Assembly (NCBI GenBank): GCA_964252075.1 | Contig: CAXULY010000033.1 | Coordinates: 1 to 62,112 of the forward strand | Length of the DNA: 62,112 bases | Direction: 5' to 3' | DNA from: an uncultured Deinococcaceae bacterium | GTDB lineage: Bacteria > Deinococcota > Deinococci > Deinococcales > Deinococcaceae | In this document: positions 27,022-39,705 of the stretch, one piece after another | Layout of the letters: every line of letters starts with the position of its first letter | Position numbering within the stretch: the first letter of the stretch is position 1 | The notes under the pieces: model-generated | What the model saw: only the letters and a program-made list of their open reading frames with translations | The model's database searches: none | Told to the model about the DNA's origin: nothing | Translations under genes and position numbers: made by a program

Positions 27022-27444
27022 ATGGACAACATGGGCATCGTCGTCGCTGACCTCGAAACGACGATTGATTTCTTCCGCGACCTCGGCCTGGAGCTCGAAG
27101 GGCGGTCCATGATCGAAGGCGCATGGGCCGGACGCGTCACCGGGCTGGGCGACCAGCGCGTCGAGATCGCCATGATGCGCACGCCGGACGGCCACGGCCG
27201 ACTCGAACTCTCCCGCTTCCTCACGCCGCCCACCGTCTCGGACCACCGCACCGCCCCCGTGAACGCGCTCGGCTACCTCCGCGTGATGTTCGCCGTGGAC
27301 GACCTCGACGAAACGCTCGAGCGGCTGGGCACGCGCGGCGCGCAGCTCGTCGGCGACGTCGTCCAGTATCAGGACGCGTACCGGCTCTGCTACATTCGCG
27401 GGCCGGAAGGGCTCCTCATCGGACTTGCCCAACAACTGACCTGA
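27022..27444 (+). CDS. VOC/glyoxalase family protein (start possibly ATA 27007)
   Basis: MDN.GIVV.DL, RTPDGHGRLEL, YRLCYIRGPEG. Confidence 0.88.
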   Translation: MDNMGIVVADLETTIDFFRDLGLELEGRSMIEGAWAGRVTGLGDQRVEIAMMRTPDGHGRLELSRFLTPPTVSDHRTAPVNALGYLRVMFAVDDLDETLERLGTRGAQLVGDVVQYQDAYRLCYIRGPEGLLIGLAQQLT

Positions 27445-28082
27445 GAGTCCACGAAATCCCGGACAAAGGGCGACCGTGGTCCGCGAGCGCGTCTCGCATG
27501 TGTTTGCTCCAGCCGCTCCCTGACCGGCATGGTGCCGATGCCCCTGGCGGCAGCCTGGCATTCAGCTGGGCTGCGGTGGTTGCCGGAACGATGGACGCGT
27601 AGCCCGACTCCACTAAGGTGACGTTCTGGAAGCGGACAGCCTACGCCGTGTGGTTTTCCTGGGCGGTACAGCCTTCCGGACAGGGCGGAGCGCACGGTGC
27701 CCGCTTGGGCTAATGTTCCGCGTCACGGTCGCCGTATTAGTAGCCTCCCACTCGAGAAGCCCGCGCGTTCTGGAGCACCGGCGTTGACCAGTGTGGCGTC
27801 CAACCACCTCCGCGCCAGGGTTGGTGGTGAAGGGTGCTCCACCGCCCACACGGCGAGCTGTGCGGTTGAAGCAGCCAGCAGCACGCCAAGCGGTAATGGT
27901 CGGCACATCATGCCCTCTTCAGCTGAACCGTGCGGCAGGCCAGCGCTGGGTGCGGACCCGTCGCGCGGGACGTGGCGGTCAAGAGAACTGCATCCCCATC
28001 CGCGATGCCCGGGTCGGTCTTCACGCGAACGCGGCCTCGCGTGAAGCGGGCCGCGTTCGCGTGGGGGCAGGCGCGAAGCGCC

Positions 28083-28364
28083 TTACTCGCTCTGCAGGTT
28101 CAGTTCGTCGTGCGCCTTGTTCAGGTACACGGCGACTTCGTCCACGCTCTGCACGTCATCGAGCGAGAGGTAGTGGTGCTGCCCGTCGGCGCTGTCACTC
28201 CTCGTGAGCTTGATGCGGTCGCCGTCCAGGTGATCCACGGTGCCGACGTGTTCGCCGTTCACGTCCTTGATCTGCAGGTGCTCGGTGATCATGCCCTTCA
28301 TGTCTTCCGTGATGCGGCTGTCGATCTGGTCGATATCGCTCTGGCTCATGTCATTGTTCGTCAT
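28083..28364 (-). CDS. DUF2171 family protein
   Basis: GEHVGTVDHLDGDRIKLTRSDS.DGQHHY; AAGGAGG SD. Confidence 0.88.
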   Translation of the reverse strand: MTNNDMSQSDIDQIDSRITEDMKGMITEHLQIKDVNGEHVGTVDHLDGDRIKLTRSDSADGQHHYLSLDDVQSVDEVAVYLNKAHDELNLQSE

Positions 28365-28436
28365 GGTGGTGCCTCCTTGCAAGTCACGCTACGACGGGCA
28401 CGACAGGGGCCGGATGGGGAAATACTTATGTTGAGT

Positions 28437-29198
28437 TCAGGGTTCATTCTGATGCAGGGTTGCCAGCAGGTAATGTTTTCCGACTGCCCCAAACATCAGG
28501 TAGGCGCGGAGATCGGGCGTTGCGGCGGGTGCGTACACGCCTTCGGGGAAATCCTCGATGACCCTGTGGAGGCGGAGGATGTGCTGCCCATCGGTGCACG
28601 TAGAGTCATCTACCCATGTTCTTTCAGGCAGTAACTGTAAAGGATAGTGCGGCCAGCTCAGAAGGTGAACGTGTGGCTCGTGGTACGTTCGGGTGTAATC
28701 AATGCCATACGGAACGCCATTGATGATATTCAGGAGTTCATAGTCGAATACCCCGTCCATGCTGGCGTCATGGACAAGTAAACTGTATTCGCCAGTATAT
28801 CTCAAAAGCCCTTCCTCATTCACATCATGCACAATCTCGAAAGCGATGTGTTCCCCCGTCAACTTGGTACTTCTAAGATAATACGCCTCATCATGGCCGG
28901 CGAAGTTGCGAGGGTCGCTGGCGTCGTTTCTTCCAATCAGGGCACAAGGCCAGAAGATGCGCTGGTTCTGCCCATCAGGACCGGTGAACCTCAACATGGA
29001 CAGGCCGATAAAGTCAAACGGCCTGATTTCTACCAGCGCGATGATCAGGGTTTCGACGCGGGAGACGGCTGGCCACGGGCACCATGCCTGGCGTGCAAAG
29101 TATGTGCCGCTTTGCTCGATGCCGTGGGCGAGGGTGGCCCTCCATTCAGCAATGCCTCCGCGGAGGCTGGGAATGACGGGCCAGGGCACGTGGTCCAT
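28437..29198 (-). CDS. Orphan hypothetical protein, lower GC than flanks
   Basis: 253-codon ORF with many A/T-ending codons; TAGAGT 6 nt before ATG. Confidence 0.6.
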   Translation of the reverse strand: MDHVPWPVIPSLRGGIAEWRATLAHGIEQSGTYFARQAWCPWPAVSRVETLIIALVEIRPFDFIGLSMLRFTGPDGQNQRIFWPCALIGRNDASDPRNFAGHDEAYYLRSTKLTGEHIAFEIVHDVNEEGLLRYTGEYSLLVHDASMDGVFDYELLNIINGVPYGIDYTRTYHEPHVHLLSWPHYPLQLLPERTWVDDSTCTDGQHILRLHRVIEDFPEGVYAPAATPDLRAYLMFGAVGKHYLLATLHQNEP

Positions 29199-29233
29199 GA
29201 ATTCACTCTAGACCCTCTGGTATCCTGGCCGTT

Positions 29234-30697
29234 ATGACGGATGCCAAGGCGGCTCAGTACGGCGTGACGCCGCAGAGCGTGGATTTCAACGAGTGGTACA
29301 ACGAGGTCGTCATCAAGGCGGACCTCGCGGATTACAGCCCCGTGCGCGGCTGCATGGTCGTGAAGCCCTACGGGTACGGCATCTGGGAGCGCATCAACCG
29401 CGACATGGAGGACGCCTTCCGCGCCACCGGGCACGAGGGCCTGCTGTTCCCGACGCTCATCCCCATGAACTTCATCACGAAGGAAGCGGACCACGTGGAG
29501 GGCTTCGCGCCGGAACTGTTCACCGTCACGAAGATCGGCACGGAGGTGCTGGAAGAGCCCTACGTGATGCGCCCCACCAGCGAGACCATCATCGGGCACA
29601 TGTGGGCGGGGTGGCTGAACAGCTACCGTGACCTGCCGTTCCTGCATTACCAGGCGGGCGCCGTGTTCCGCGCGGAACTCCGCACGAAGCTGTTCCTGCG
29701 CACCGCGGAGTTCTACTGGCAGGAGGGCCACACCGCGCACGAGACCGAGGCGGAAGCGCGCGCCGAGGTGCTGCAGCAGCTGGACCTGTACCACCGTTAC
29801 AGCCGCGACGTGCTGGCCCTCCCCGTCATCCGGGGCCTCAAGACCACCCACGAGCGCTTCGCGGGCGCCGTCGAGACGTACTCAATTGAGGGCATGATGC
29901 GCGACGGCAAGGCCCTGCAGAGCGGCACCAGCCACTACCTGGGTCAGAACTTCGCCCGCGCCTTCGACGTGAAGTTCCAGGGCCGCGACCAGAAGGAGCA
30001 CTTCGTCCACACGACGTCATGGGCGATCTCCAGCCGCATCATCGGGGCGCTCATCATGACGCACGGCGACGACAAGGGCCTTCAGCTCCCCCCGCGCATC
30101 GCGCCCATCCAGGTGGTGATCGTGCCGGTGTTCCGCAAGGACGGCGCGGAGCAGGTGTTCGCGGAGGCTGAGAAGCTCGCGGCGGAGCTGCGCGATCAGG
30201 GTCTGCGCGTGCGCGTGGACAGGCGAGAGGGCGTCACGAACGGCTTCAAGTACAACGACTGGGAACTCAAGGGCGTGCCGGTGCGCATTGAACTCGGGCC
30301 GCGCGACTTGGAGGCGGGCGTGGTGGTCGTGAAGAACCGCAATGCCGACGAGAAGGAAACCCTCCCACGCGCCGAGGTGGTCGCGGGCATGACCACCCGC
30401 CTGGACGGCATTCAGCAGGCGCTGTACGACCGCGCACTGGACTTCCTGAAGGCGAACACCGTCACGGCGGACACCTACGAGGAATTCAAGGCCGCCATTG
30501 AGGCGGGCAAGTGGGTGCGCGCCTTCCACTGCGGCGACACCGCCAGCGAAGTGCAGATCGCGGAGGAGACCAAAGCCAAGACCCGCAACATCCCCCTGGA
30601 CGACGAGCTGTTCGGGGAGCGGGAGGACGGCGTGTGCGTGCACACCGGGAAGCCCAGCGCGTACGGCAAGCGCGTGCTGTTCGGCCGCCAGTACTGA
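29234..30697 (+). CDS. proS: Proline--tRNA ligase, archaeal/eukaryotic type
   Basis: [46 protein letters not shown]-terminal Y. Confidence 0.97.
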   Translation: MTDAKAAQYGVTPQSVDFNEWYNEVVIKADLADYSPVRGCMVVKPYGYGIWERINRDMEDAFRATGHEGLLFPTLIPMNFITKEADHVEGFAPELFTVTKIGTEVLEEPYVMRPTSETIIGHMWAGWLNSYRDLPFLHYQAGAVFRAELRTKLFLRTAEFYWQEGHTAHETEAEARAEVLQQLDLYHRYSRDVLALPVIRGLKTTHERFAGAVETYSIEGMMRDGKALQSGTSHYLGQNFARAFDVKFQGRDQKEHFVHTTSWAISSRIIGALIMTHGDDKGLQLPPRIAPIQVVIVPVFRKDGAEQVFAEAEKLAAELRDQGLRVRVDRREGVTNGFKYNDWELKGVPVRIELGPRDLEAGVVVVKNRNADEKETLPRAEVVAGMTTRLDGIQQALYDRALDFLKANTVTADTYEEFKAAIEAGKWVRAFHCGDTASEVQIAEETKAKTRNIPLDDELFGEREDGVCVHTGKPSAYGKRVLFGRQY

Positions 30698-30705
30698 ATG
30701 AAGGA

Positions 30706-30748
30706 GAACGGGGGAGTTGGGCGTGGTTGCCCAGCTCCCCCGCTGTTC
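30706..30748 (+). terminator. Hairpin after proS
   Basis: GGGGAGTTGGGC / GCCCAGCTCCCC stem. Confidence 0.6.
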
Positions 30749-31141
30749 ATGGATAAAGGCAGGACGAGCAGTCCGGCGCTCGCAGTGATGCTGCCCCACT
30801 GATGATCGAATCACGCTGGGCTTCCCGGTGTGACGGACCTGGACTGGCTCCGCGACAGCCGTTCGCTGCAGCACTTTTGGGAATGACTGAAATGCGCCCG
30901 CGCGTGACGCCAGTGGCCGTCGCGGGCCTCTCCATGCTGCAGAGCAATCTTGTGGGGCACATTGCCGAGTCGCTGACCCAATCTCCGGTCTGCTGTTTCA
31001 GGGGCGCCGTGGACATCGCAGCGCCACTCAGGGTGGTCCAACGCGTGCGGGAGCGTGCGTTGCTTACCCACGATCGCCACGCGGACGCGCTTGGGTCGTG
31101 CTCCCGCGTGGTGACCGCCGCGAAGGGCCCAGCGGGGCCGC

Positions 31142-32230
31142 CTACCGTTGCACTGCGGCGCGGTCCTGCGGTTCGTGAATCTTCCCGGCGTGGCCGTTCA
31201 GGAAGCCGCCCGTAAAGCCCCGGCTGACGGCCAGCAACTCGCTGATGACGCTGAGCGCCACCTCGTCCGGACTCTCCGCGCCGATCGCGAGCCCGATGGG
31301 GTTGTGCACGCGCGCAAGGTCCTCGGGCGCGAAGAGTGCCCCGTCATCCCGCGCGGCCTGCGCGATCTTCTCCAGGCGACTGCGCGGCCCGAGCAGCCCG
31401 ATGTACGCGGCGGGCGTGCCCAGCAGGAACTTCAGGCTCGCGCGGTCCACGAGGAAGTGGTGGTTCATCACGACGGCGTGCGTGTGCGGGTGGATGGTGA
31501 GGGTCGGGAAGCCGCTGGGCTCCATGAGGTGCAGCTCCGCGCCGGGGAAGCGGCCCGCCGTGAGGAGGTCCGGGCGCATGTCCGCCACGCGCACGTGGAA
31601 GCCCGCGCGGCGCCCGAGTTCCGCGAGCGGCACGCTGTCGTGACTCGCGCCGAACAGCAGCAGTTCGGGCGGCGGGCGTCGCAGGTCCAGGAAGTACCGC
31701 GCGCCGTCCAGCGTGAAGGGGTGCGGCTTCGGGTGCTGCTGCGCGAGCAGTTCCCGCGCGCGCCGCACGGCCTCCCCGGTGTGCGCGCCCAGGTCCCCCA
31801 CCGCCTCCAGCGGCGTGACGCACACGCGCGCGGCCGTCTCGTCCAGGCGCGTGACGAGCGCCGCGTGCTCGCCGCGCTCGGTGGCCTGCCACCAGCGCGC
31901 GAGCGCGGGCGTCTCCTCGACGCGCTCCACGAAGATGTCCACCTCGCCCGCGCAGCCGATGCCCAGGCCGAACATGCGTTCCTCGTCGAGGTTGTAGCGC
32001 ATCAGGACGGGCGTGCCCGAGGCCATCACCTGCTGCCCCAGGAACACGATCTCCGGTTCCAGGCACCCGCCGGACACCATGCAGGTGTACTCGCCGCCCT
32101 CGCGGATGAGCATGGCGGTGCCCTCGCGCCGGTAGGCGCTCCCGATCACGTTCACGACGGTGGCGACGGCGCACGGCTCACCGGCGGCCCGCGCGGCCAG
32201 GATGCCCGAGAGCACCGCGAGTTGTTCCAT
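31142..32230 (-). CDS. xdhC: XdhC/CoxI-family Moco insertion chaperone
   Basis: ATVV...GSAYRR, VSGGCLE, GIGCAG, YIGLLG, NPIGL.IGAESP.EVALS. Confidence 0.9.
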   Translation of the reverse strand: MEQLAVLSGILAARAAGEPCAVATVVNVIGSAYRREGTAMLIREGGEYTCMVSGGCLEPEIVFLGQQVMASGTPVLMRYNLDEERMFGLGIGCAGEVDIFVERVEETPALARWWQATERGEHAALVTRLDETAARVCVTPLEAVGDLGAHTGEAVRRARELLAQQHPKPHPFTLDGARYFLDLRRPPPELLLFGASHDSVPLAELGRRAGFHVRVADMRPDLLTAGRFPGAELHLMEPSGFPTLTIHPHTHAVVMNHHFLVDRASLKFLLGTPAAYIGLLGPRSRLEKIAQAARDDGALFAPEDLARVHNPIGLAIGAESPDEVALSVISELLAVSRGFTGGFLNGHAGKIHEPQDRAAVQR

Positions 32231-32466
32231 GCCCCAGTGTAGAGCGGCGCGCCGCGACCTTGGTGCGCCCGCCCTCAGTTGGGGGCGCGCCCCGCTTGCC
32301 ATTTGACGTGGAGCGTTTAGGATGGGACTCAAGCACAACCCACGCGGCCCGCGCAGTCCTCCCTGGAGGCGCGCCGCACACCGGCGCTCCTCGCGGGGCG
32401 CCCCGTTCCCGAACCCGATTCACCCGGCACAGCTCCATCCAGCACAGGCGCCAAGGAGGCACAGGC

Positions 32467-32967
<501 letters not shown>

Positions 32968-32982
32968 GGAAGGGGAGACGCC

Positions 32983-35373
<2,391 letters not shown>

Positions 35374-35426
35374 GCCGCGCACCGGGGGCGCCCGGCGCCC
35401 CCATCCGTCCCCTCCAAGGAGACCGC

Positions 35427-36218
35427 ATGTACCCCGCTGAATTCACCTACCACAAGGCCCAGAGCGTGCAGGACGCCCTCGCCATGCTGGCCGAGCATCC
35501 CGACGCCAAGCTGCTCGCGGGTGGGCACTCGCTGGTGCCCGCCATGAAGCTGCGCCTCGCGCAGCCCCCCATGCTCATCGACATCTTCGGGCTGGACGAG
35601 ATGCGCGGCATCCGCCAGGACGGCGACCAGACCGTGATCGGCGCCATGACCACCCACGCGGAACTCGTGCAGAGTGGCCTGCCGCTGCTCTCGGAGGTCG
35701 CGCCGCTCATCGGGGACCCCATGGTGCGCCACCGCGGCACGGTCGGCGGCTCGCTCGCGCACGCGGACCCCGCCGCCGACTACCCCGCTGCCGCCCTCGC
35801 CCTGAACGCCGAACTGGTCATTCACGGCGCGGACGGCGAGCGGCGCGTGCCCGCCGATGAGTTCTTTCAGGGCATGTTCAGCACCAGCGTGCAACCAGGC
35901 GAACTGCTGACCGCCGTCCGCATCCCCGCCAGCGTGCAGGCGAGCGCGTACGAGAAGTTCTCGCACCCCGCCAGCCGCTACGCCATCGTGGGCCTCGCCG
36001 TCGTGCGGCACGCGGACGGCACGGTGCGCGCCGCCCTCACGGGCGCGGGTGAGCAGGCGGTGCGGCTCACCACCCTGGAGGAGCGCCTGAACGCCGGGCA
36101 GGAGGTCGGCACGGGGCTCATCGGCGCGGACGCGCTGATCGGGGACCGCTTCGCGAGCGCCGAGTACCGCGCGCACCTCGTGGACGTGATGGCGGCCCGG
36201 GCCGTGGCCCGACTGTAA
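35427..36218 (+). CDS. coxM: CoxM-like FAD subunit
   Basis: LAGGHSL.PAMKLRLA, RGTVGGSLAHADPAAD; AAGGAG SD. Confidence 0.92.
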   Translation: MYPAEFTYHKAQSVQDALAMLAEHPDAKLLAGGHSLVPAMKLRLAQPPMLIDIFGLDEMRGIRQDGDQTVIGAMTTHAELVQSGLPLLSEVAPLIGDPMVRHRGTVGGSLAHADPAADYPAAALALNAELVIHGADGERRVPADEFFQGMFSTSVQPGELLTAVRIPASVQASAYEKFSHPASRYAIVGLAVVRHADGTVRAALTGAGEQAVRLTTLEERLNAGQEVGTGLIGADALIGDRFASAEYRAHLVDVMAARAVARL

Positions 36219-36231
36219 ACCAGGAAGAATG

Positions 36232-36259
36232 AGCGGGCGGCCCCAATGGGCCGCCCGCT
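36232..36259 (+). terminator. Hairpin after coxSLM
   Basis: AGCGGGCGGCCC-CAAT-GGGCCGCCCGCT. Confidence 0.65.
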
Positions 36260-36355
36260 GTCGTGCATGTGGCACCGCCGCACCGGATGAAGAACCCGAG
36301 CGCACCCTTCACCCGACCCGTGAAGTGGTCAGCTCCACGGGTTGAATACTGGGGC

Positions 36356-36697
36356 ATGCTGACCATCGCCTCGATCGTGTGGGGGGTGAAGGACCTCCCG
36401 CGCGCCGTGACCTTCTGGACGGCCGCACTGAACTACCGCCCGCGCGAGGCTCCAGAAGACGACTGGGCCCTGCTGGTGCCGAAGTCCGGCGGCGGCGTGC
36501 AGATGGCCCTGCAGGCCGTGACCTCCGACAAGGCGCGGCGACACCACCTGGACCTGTACGCGGACGATCAGGCGGCGGAAGTGGAGCGCCTGCTGGCGCT
36601 GGGCGCATCGCGCGCGGAGTGGACGTACCCGGAGGGCGCGGACTACGTGGTGCTGAGCGACCCGGACGGCAACAACTTCTGCGTGGTGCAGCGCTGA
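36356..36697 (+). CDS. VOC/glyoxalase family protein
   Basis: FWTAAL, RHHLDL, EVERLLALGA, DPDGNNFC. Confidence 0.88.
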   Translation: MLTIASIVWGVKDLPRAVTFWTAALNYRPREAPEDDWALLVPKSGGGVQMALQAVTSDKARRHHLDLYADDQAAEVERLLALGASRAEWTYPEGADYVVLSDPDGNNFCVVQR

Positions 36698-36712
36698 GGT
36701 GAGGGCGCCCGG

Positions 36713-37495
36713 CTACGCGGGCTCGCGCACCCCCTCCACCCGCCCCGCCGGGTCCTGCCCGTAGAAGTCGCGCAGCAGGGCGTACAGGTCCGGGTGGTCC
36801 GCGCGCAGGGCCACCGGGTTCTCGAAGAAGGTCTCGGTCACCACCGCGAAGAACTCGGCGGGGCTGCTCGCGCCGTAGGGGTCAATGACGCTGGCGTGCC
36901 CGGTGTGCACCTGCGTGATCAGCTCGCGGTACTCGCGGCTCATGACCTGCGCCCACGCGGAGCGCAGGGTGACGCTGCGGCCCGTGAAGGGCGGCACGCC
37001 GTCCACGTCGCCGTCCGCGCCGTCGAGCTTGTGTGCGAACTCGTGCAGGGTGACGTTGCGGCCTGGCGTGAGGCCGCGCGCCTGGTGCTGCGCGGCGTCC
37101 CACGCGAGGACCACGCTGCCGCGCCGCCACGCCTCCCCGATGCGGACGGTGCGGTGCTCGGCGACCACGCCGCCCGGCAGGACCTCCTGCTGCACGGACG
37201 TGAAGGCGCTGGGGTACACGAAGACCGTCTGGCAGTCCGGGTAGTAGGTGGGCGCGCGGTGCAGTTCCAGCAGGCAGGCTTCCGCCGCGATGGTGACCCG
37301 CATTTCGTCCGTGATGTCGATGCCGATGCCCTCGAAGTACTTCTCGTCGATGAACACCTGAATGCGCGCGCGCAGCTCGGCCCGCTCGTCCGGGGTGAGG
37401 TGCGCGTCGGCGCGGACGTTCGCGGTGAGTGCCGCTTCCCATTTGTCCGGGAAGGGCTCGCGCCGCACCGCGTCGCGCCGGAAGCGCCTCAGCAC
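36713..37495 (-). CDS. M90 (MtfA-like) zinc peptidase
   Basis: IAAEACL, GEAW..G.VVLAW, HEFAHKLD, YGASSPAEFFAV.TE.FFE. Confidence 0.9.
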   Translation of the reverse strand: MLRRFRRDAVRREPFPDKWEAALTANVRADAHLTPDERAELRARIQVFIDEKYFEGIGIDITDEMRVTIAAEACLLELHRAPTYYPDCQTVFVYPSAFTSVQQEVLPGGVVAEHRTVRIGEAWRRGSVVLAWDAAQHQARGLTPGRNVTLHEFAHKLDGADGDVDGVPPFTGRSVTLRSAWAQVMSREYRELITQVHTGHASVIDPYGASSPAEFFAVVTETFFENPVALRADHPDLYALLRDFYGQDPAGRVEGVREPA

Positions 37496-37617
37496 GGGGT
37501 CACCGGGTGGTCCGGTCTGGCTTCACGTCTTCGCCCTGTCGCGCGTGTCCACATGGGCTGACTTTAATTGAGTGCCTCGCCATCAATCATGCTGAGCGGC
37601 ACATTAGAGGCGCGCCG

Positions 37618-38697
37618 TCACCGTCCGTAGCTCACGCGGTACACCATGCCGTTCAGGTCGTCGCTGATGAGCAGGCTGCCGTCGCGCGTGACCGTCACGC
37701 CCACCGGGCGGCCCAGCACCTCCTGCCCGCGCAGGAAGCCCGTCACGAAATCCGTCACCTGCCCGCTCCGCGGATCAATCCGCACGATCTTGTACCCGCT
37801 GCGCATCGCGCGGATGGACGAGCCGTGCAGCGCGCCGAGCAACTGCCCCCGGTACGCCGTCGGAAAGCGGGTGCCATCGTACACGGTGAGGCCCAGCGGC
37901 GCGCTGTGCGCCGTGACGGTCGCGAAGGGTCGCTGGACTGCCCGGCAGTTCGCCCCCCGGTACGCGGGGTCGCCCGTCTGCGCCTGGTTCGGGCGGGTCA
38001 CGAGGCAGCGCGGCCAGCCGTAATTCCCACCCGCCTTCAGGCGGAAGAAGGCCTCGGGCGGCGTGTTGTCCCCCAGGTAATCCCGCCCGTTCGTGTTCGC
38101 GTACAGGGTATTCCCGACGAACACGATGCCCACGGCGTTGCGCAGGCCCGTCGCGTAGGTGCGGCCGTTCCGCCCGTCCGCGTCGAACACCCGCACGCCC
38201 GCGCGCTGCGGGTTCTTCTCTGTGCAGGCGTTGCAGCTCGACCCGATGGCCACGTACATGCGCCCGTCCGGCCCGAAGGTGAGGGTGCGCGTCTCGTGCT
38301 CGCCGTCCTTCGGGAGGTCCGCAACCTTCTGTGCAGGGCCGCCCGCCTTCGTCTGCCCCGGCGCGTAGCGGTAACGCACCACGCTCGCGTTGTTCGCCAC
38401 GTACAGGTACCCGCCGTGGAAGGCCAGGCCGTGCGGGCGGTCCAGGCCCGACGCGAACACGACCTTGGCGTCCGCGTGCCCGTCCCCGTCGCGGTCCGGC
38501 AGCACGAACACGCGCCCGGCCCGCGTGTCTGACAGGAACACGTCGCCGTTCGGCGCGACCGCCATCAGGCGCGGCTTGTTGAAGCCCTGCGCGAACAGCC
38601 CCGCCCGGAAGCCGGGCGGGACCTTCAGGGGCGGCATGGCCTGGGCGGCGGCGCCCCCCACGAGGGACAGGGCCAGGAGCGGCAGCAGGAACTTCAT
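37618..38697 (-). CDS. PQQ-dependent sugar/sorbosone dehydrogenase-family beta-propeller, secreted
   Basis: Signal peptide, LPDRDGDG, IGSSCN, GLRNAVG, AHSAPLGL, GRPVGV, SDD. Confidence 0.9.
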   Translation of the reverse strand: MKFLLPLLALSLVGGAAAQAMPPLKVPPGFRAGLFAQGFNKPRLMAVAPNGDVFLSDTRAGRVFVLPDRDGDGHADAKVVFASGLDRPHGLAFHGGYLYVANNASVVRYRYAPGQTKAGGPAQKVADLPKDGEHETRTLTFGPDGRMYVAIGSSCNACTEKNPQRAGVRVFDADGRNGRTYATGLRNAVGIVFVGNTLYANTNGRDYLGDNTPPEAFFRLKAGGNYGWPRCLVTRPNQAQTGDPAYRGANCRAVQRPFATVTAHSAPLGLTVYDGTRFPTAYRGQLLGALHGSSIRAMRSGYKIVRIDPRSGQVTDFVTGFLRGQEVLGRPVGVTVTRDGSLLISDDLNGMVYRVSYGR

Positions 38698-38786
38698 GCC
38701 TCTACTGTGCGGCATGCGCGAACGGGGCGTGGTGAATGGCGGCGCGCACCCACCTCCACCGCCCCAGGACGCGGCACAATGGGGAG

Positions 38787-39692
38787 GTGAGCACAACCGA
38801 ACTGCCGTCCGGCGATCCGCTGGCGGGCACGCGCGCGCTGCTGGAGTCCGGCGGGTACCTGCCGGACGAGTCCGTGACCGTGGCCGTCCACCTCGCCCTC
38901 ACGCTGGGCCGCCCGCTGCTGCTGGAGGGCCAGCCCGGCGTCGGCAAGACCGAAGTCGCGAAGGTTCTGGCGCGGGCGCGCGGCGCGGAACTCATCCGCC
39001 TGCAGTGCTACGAGGGCCTGGACCTCGCCGCGAGCACCTACGAGTGGGACCACGCCCGGCAGATCCTCGCGATTCGCCTCGCGGAGGCGAGCGGGCACGC
39101 GGCGCTCGACACGCACGCCCTGTACGACGAGCGCTTCCTGCTGCGCCGCCCCCTCCTGCGCGCCCTGATGCCGCACCCCGTACCGCCCGTGCTCCTGATT
39201 GACGAGCTGGACCGCACGGACGACGCCTTCGAGGCCTTCCTGCTGGAGTTCCTGTCGGACTGGCAGGTGAGCGTCCCGGAGTACGGCACGGTGCGCGCGG
39301 ATGTGCCGCCCACGGTGGTCATCACCTCCAACCGCACGCGGGAGCTGCACGACGCCCTCAAGCGCCGCTGCCTGTACTGCTTCGTGCCGTACCCGGACGC
39401 CGCGCGCGAGCTGCGCATCGTGCAGCTGCGCGTGCCGGAAGCGCCCACCTCGCTGGCGCGGCAGGCGGTGGCCTTCGTGGCGGCCTTGCGGGACGAGGAC
39501 CTGCACAAGGCGCCCGGCGTGGCCGAGACGCTGGACTGGGTGCGCGCCCTGCTCGCCCTGGACGCCCGAAGCCTGGAGCCCGCGCTGGCCCGCGCGTCCC
39601 TCGGCGCGCTCCTGAAGACGCAGGACGACCTGGAGTGGACCGCCGCCCGCGTGCAGGACCTGCTGGCCCGCGCGCAGATCGTGCCGGGCTAG
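38787..39692 (+). CDS. MoxR AAA+ ATPase (CoxD-like)
   Basis: EGQPGVGKTE, IRLQCYEGLD, LLIDELDR, TSNRTRELHDALKRRC. Confidence 0.92.
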   Translation: MSTTELPSGDPLAGTRALLESGGYLPDESVTVAVHLALTLGRPLLLEGQPGVGKTEVAKVLARARGAELIRLQCYEGLDLAASTYEWDHARQILAIRLAEASGHAALDTHALYDERFLLRRPLLRALMPHPVPPVLLIDELDRTDDAFEAFLLEFLSDWQVSVPEYGTVRADVPPTVVITSNRTRELHDALKRRCLYCFVPYPDAARELRIVQLRVPEAPTSLARQAVAFVAALRDEDLHKAPGVAETLDWVRALLALDARSLEPALARASLGALLKTQDDLEWTAARVQDLLARAQIVPG

Positions 39693-39705
39693 GGGAGGAG
39701 AGACG

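Noticed and set aside
30750..31140. Short ORFs between proS and xdhC
   Set aside because: No SD or leaderless signal and no coding bias; possibly a decayed remnant but unsupported.
32330..32466. Moco riboswitch in the coxS leader
   Set aside because: Long leader, but I could not recognise the Moco/Wco consensus.
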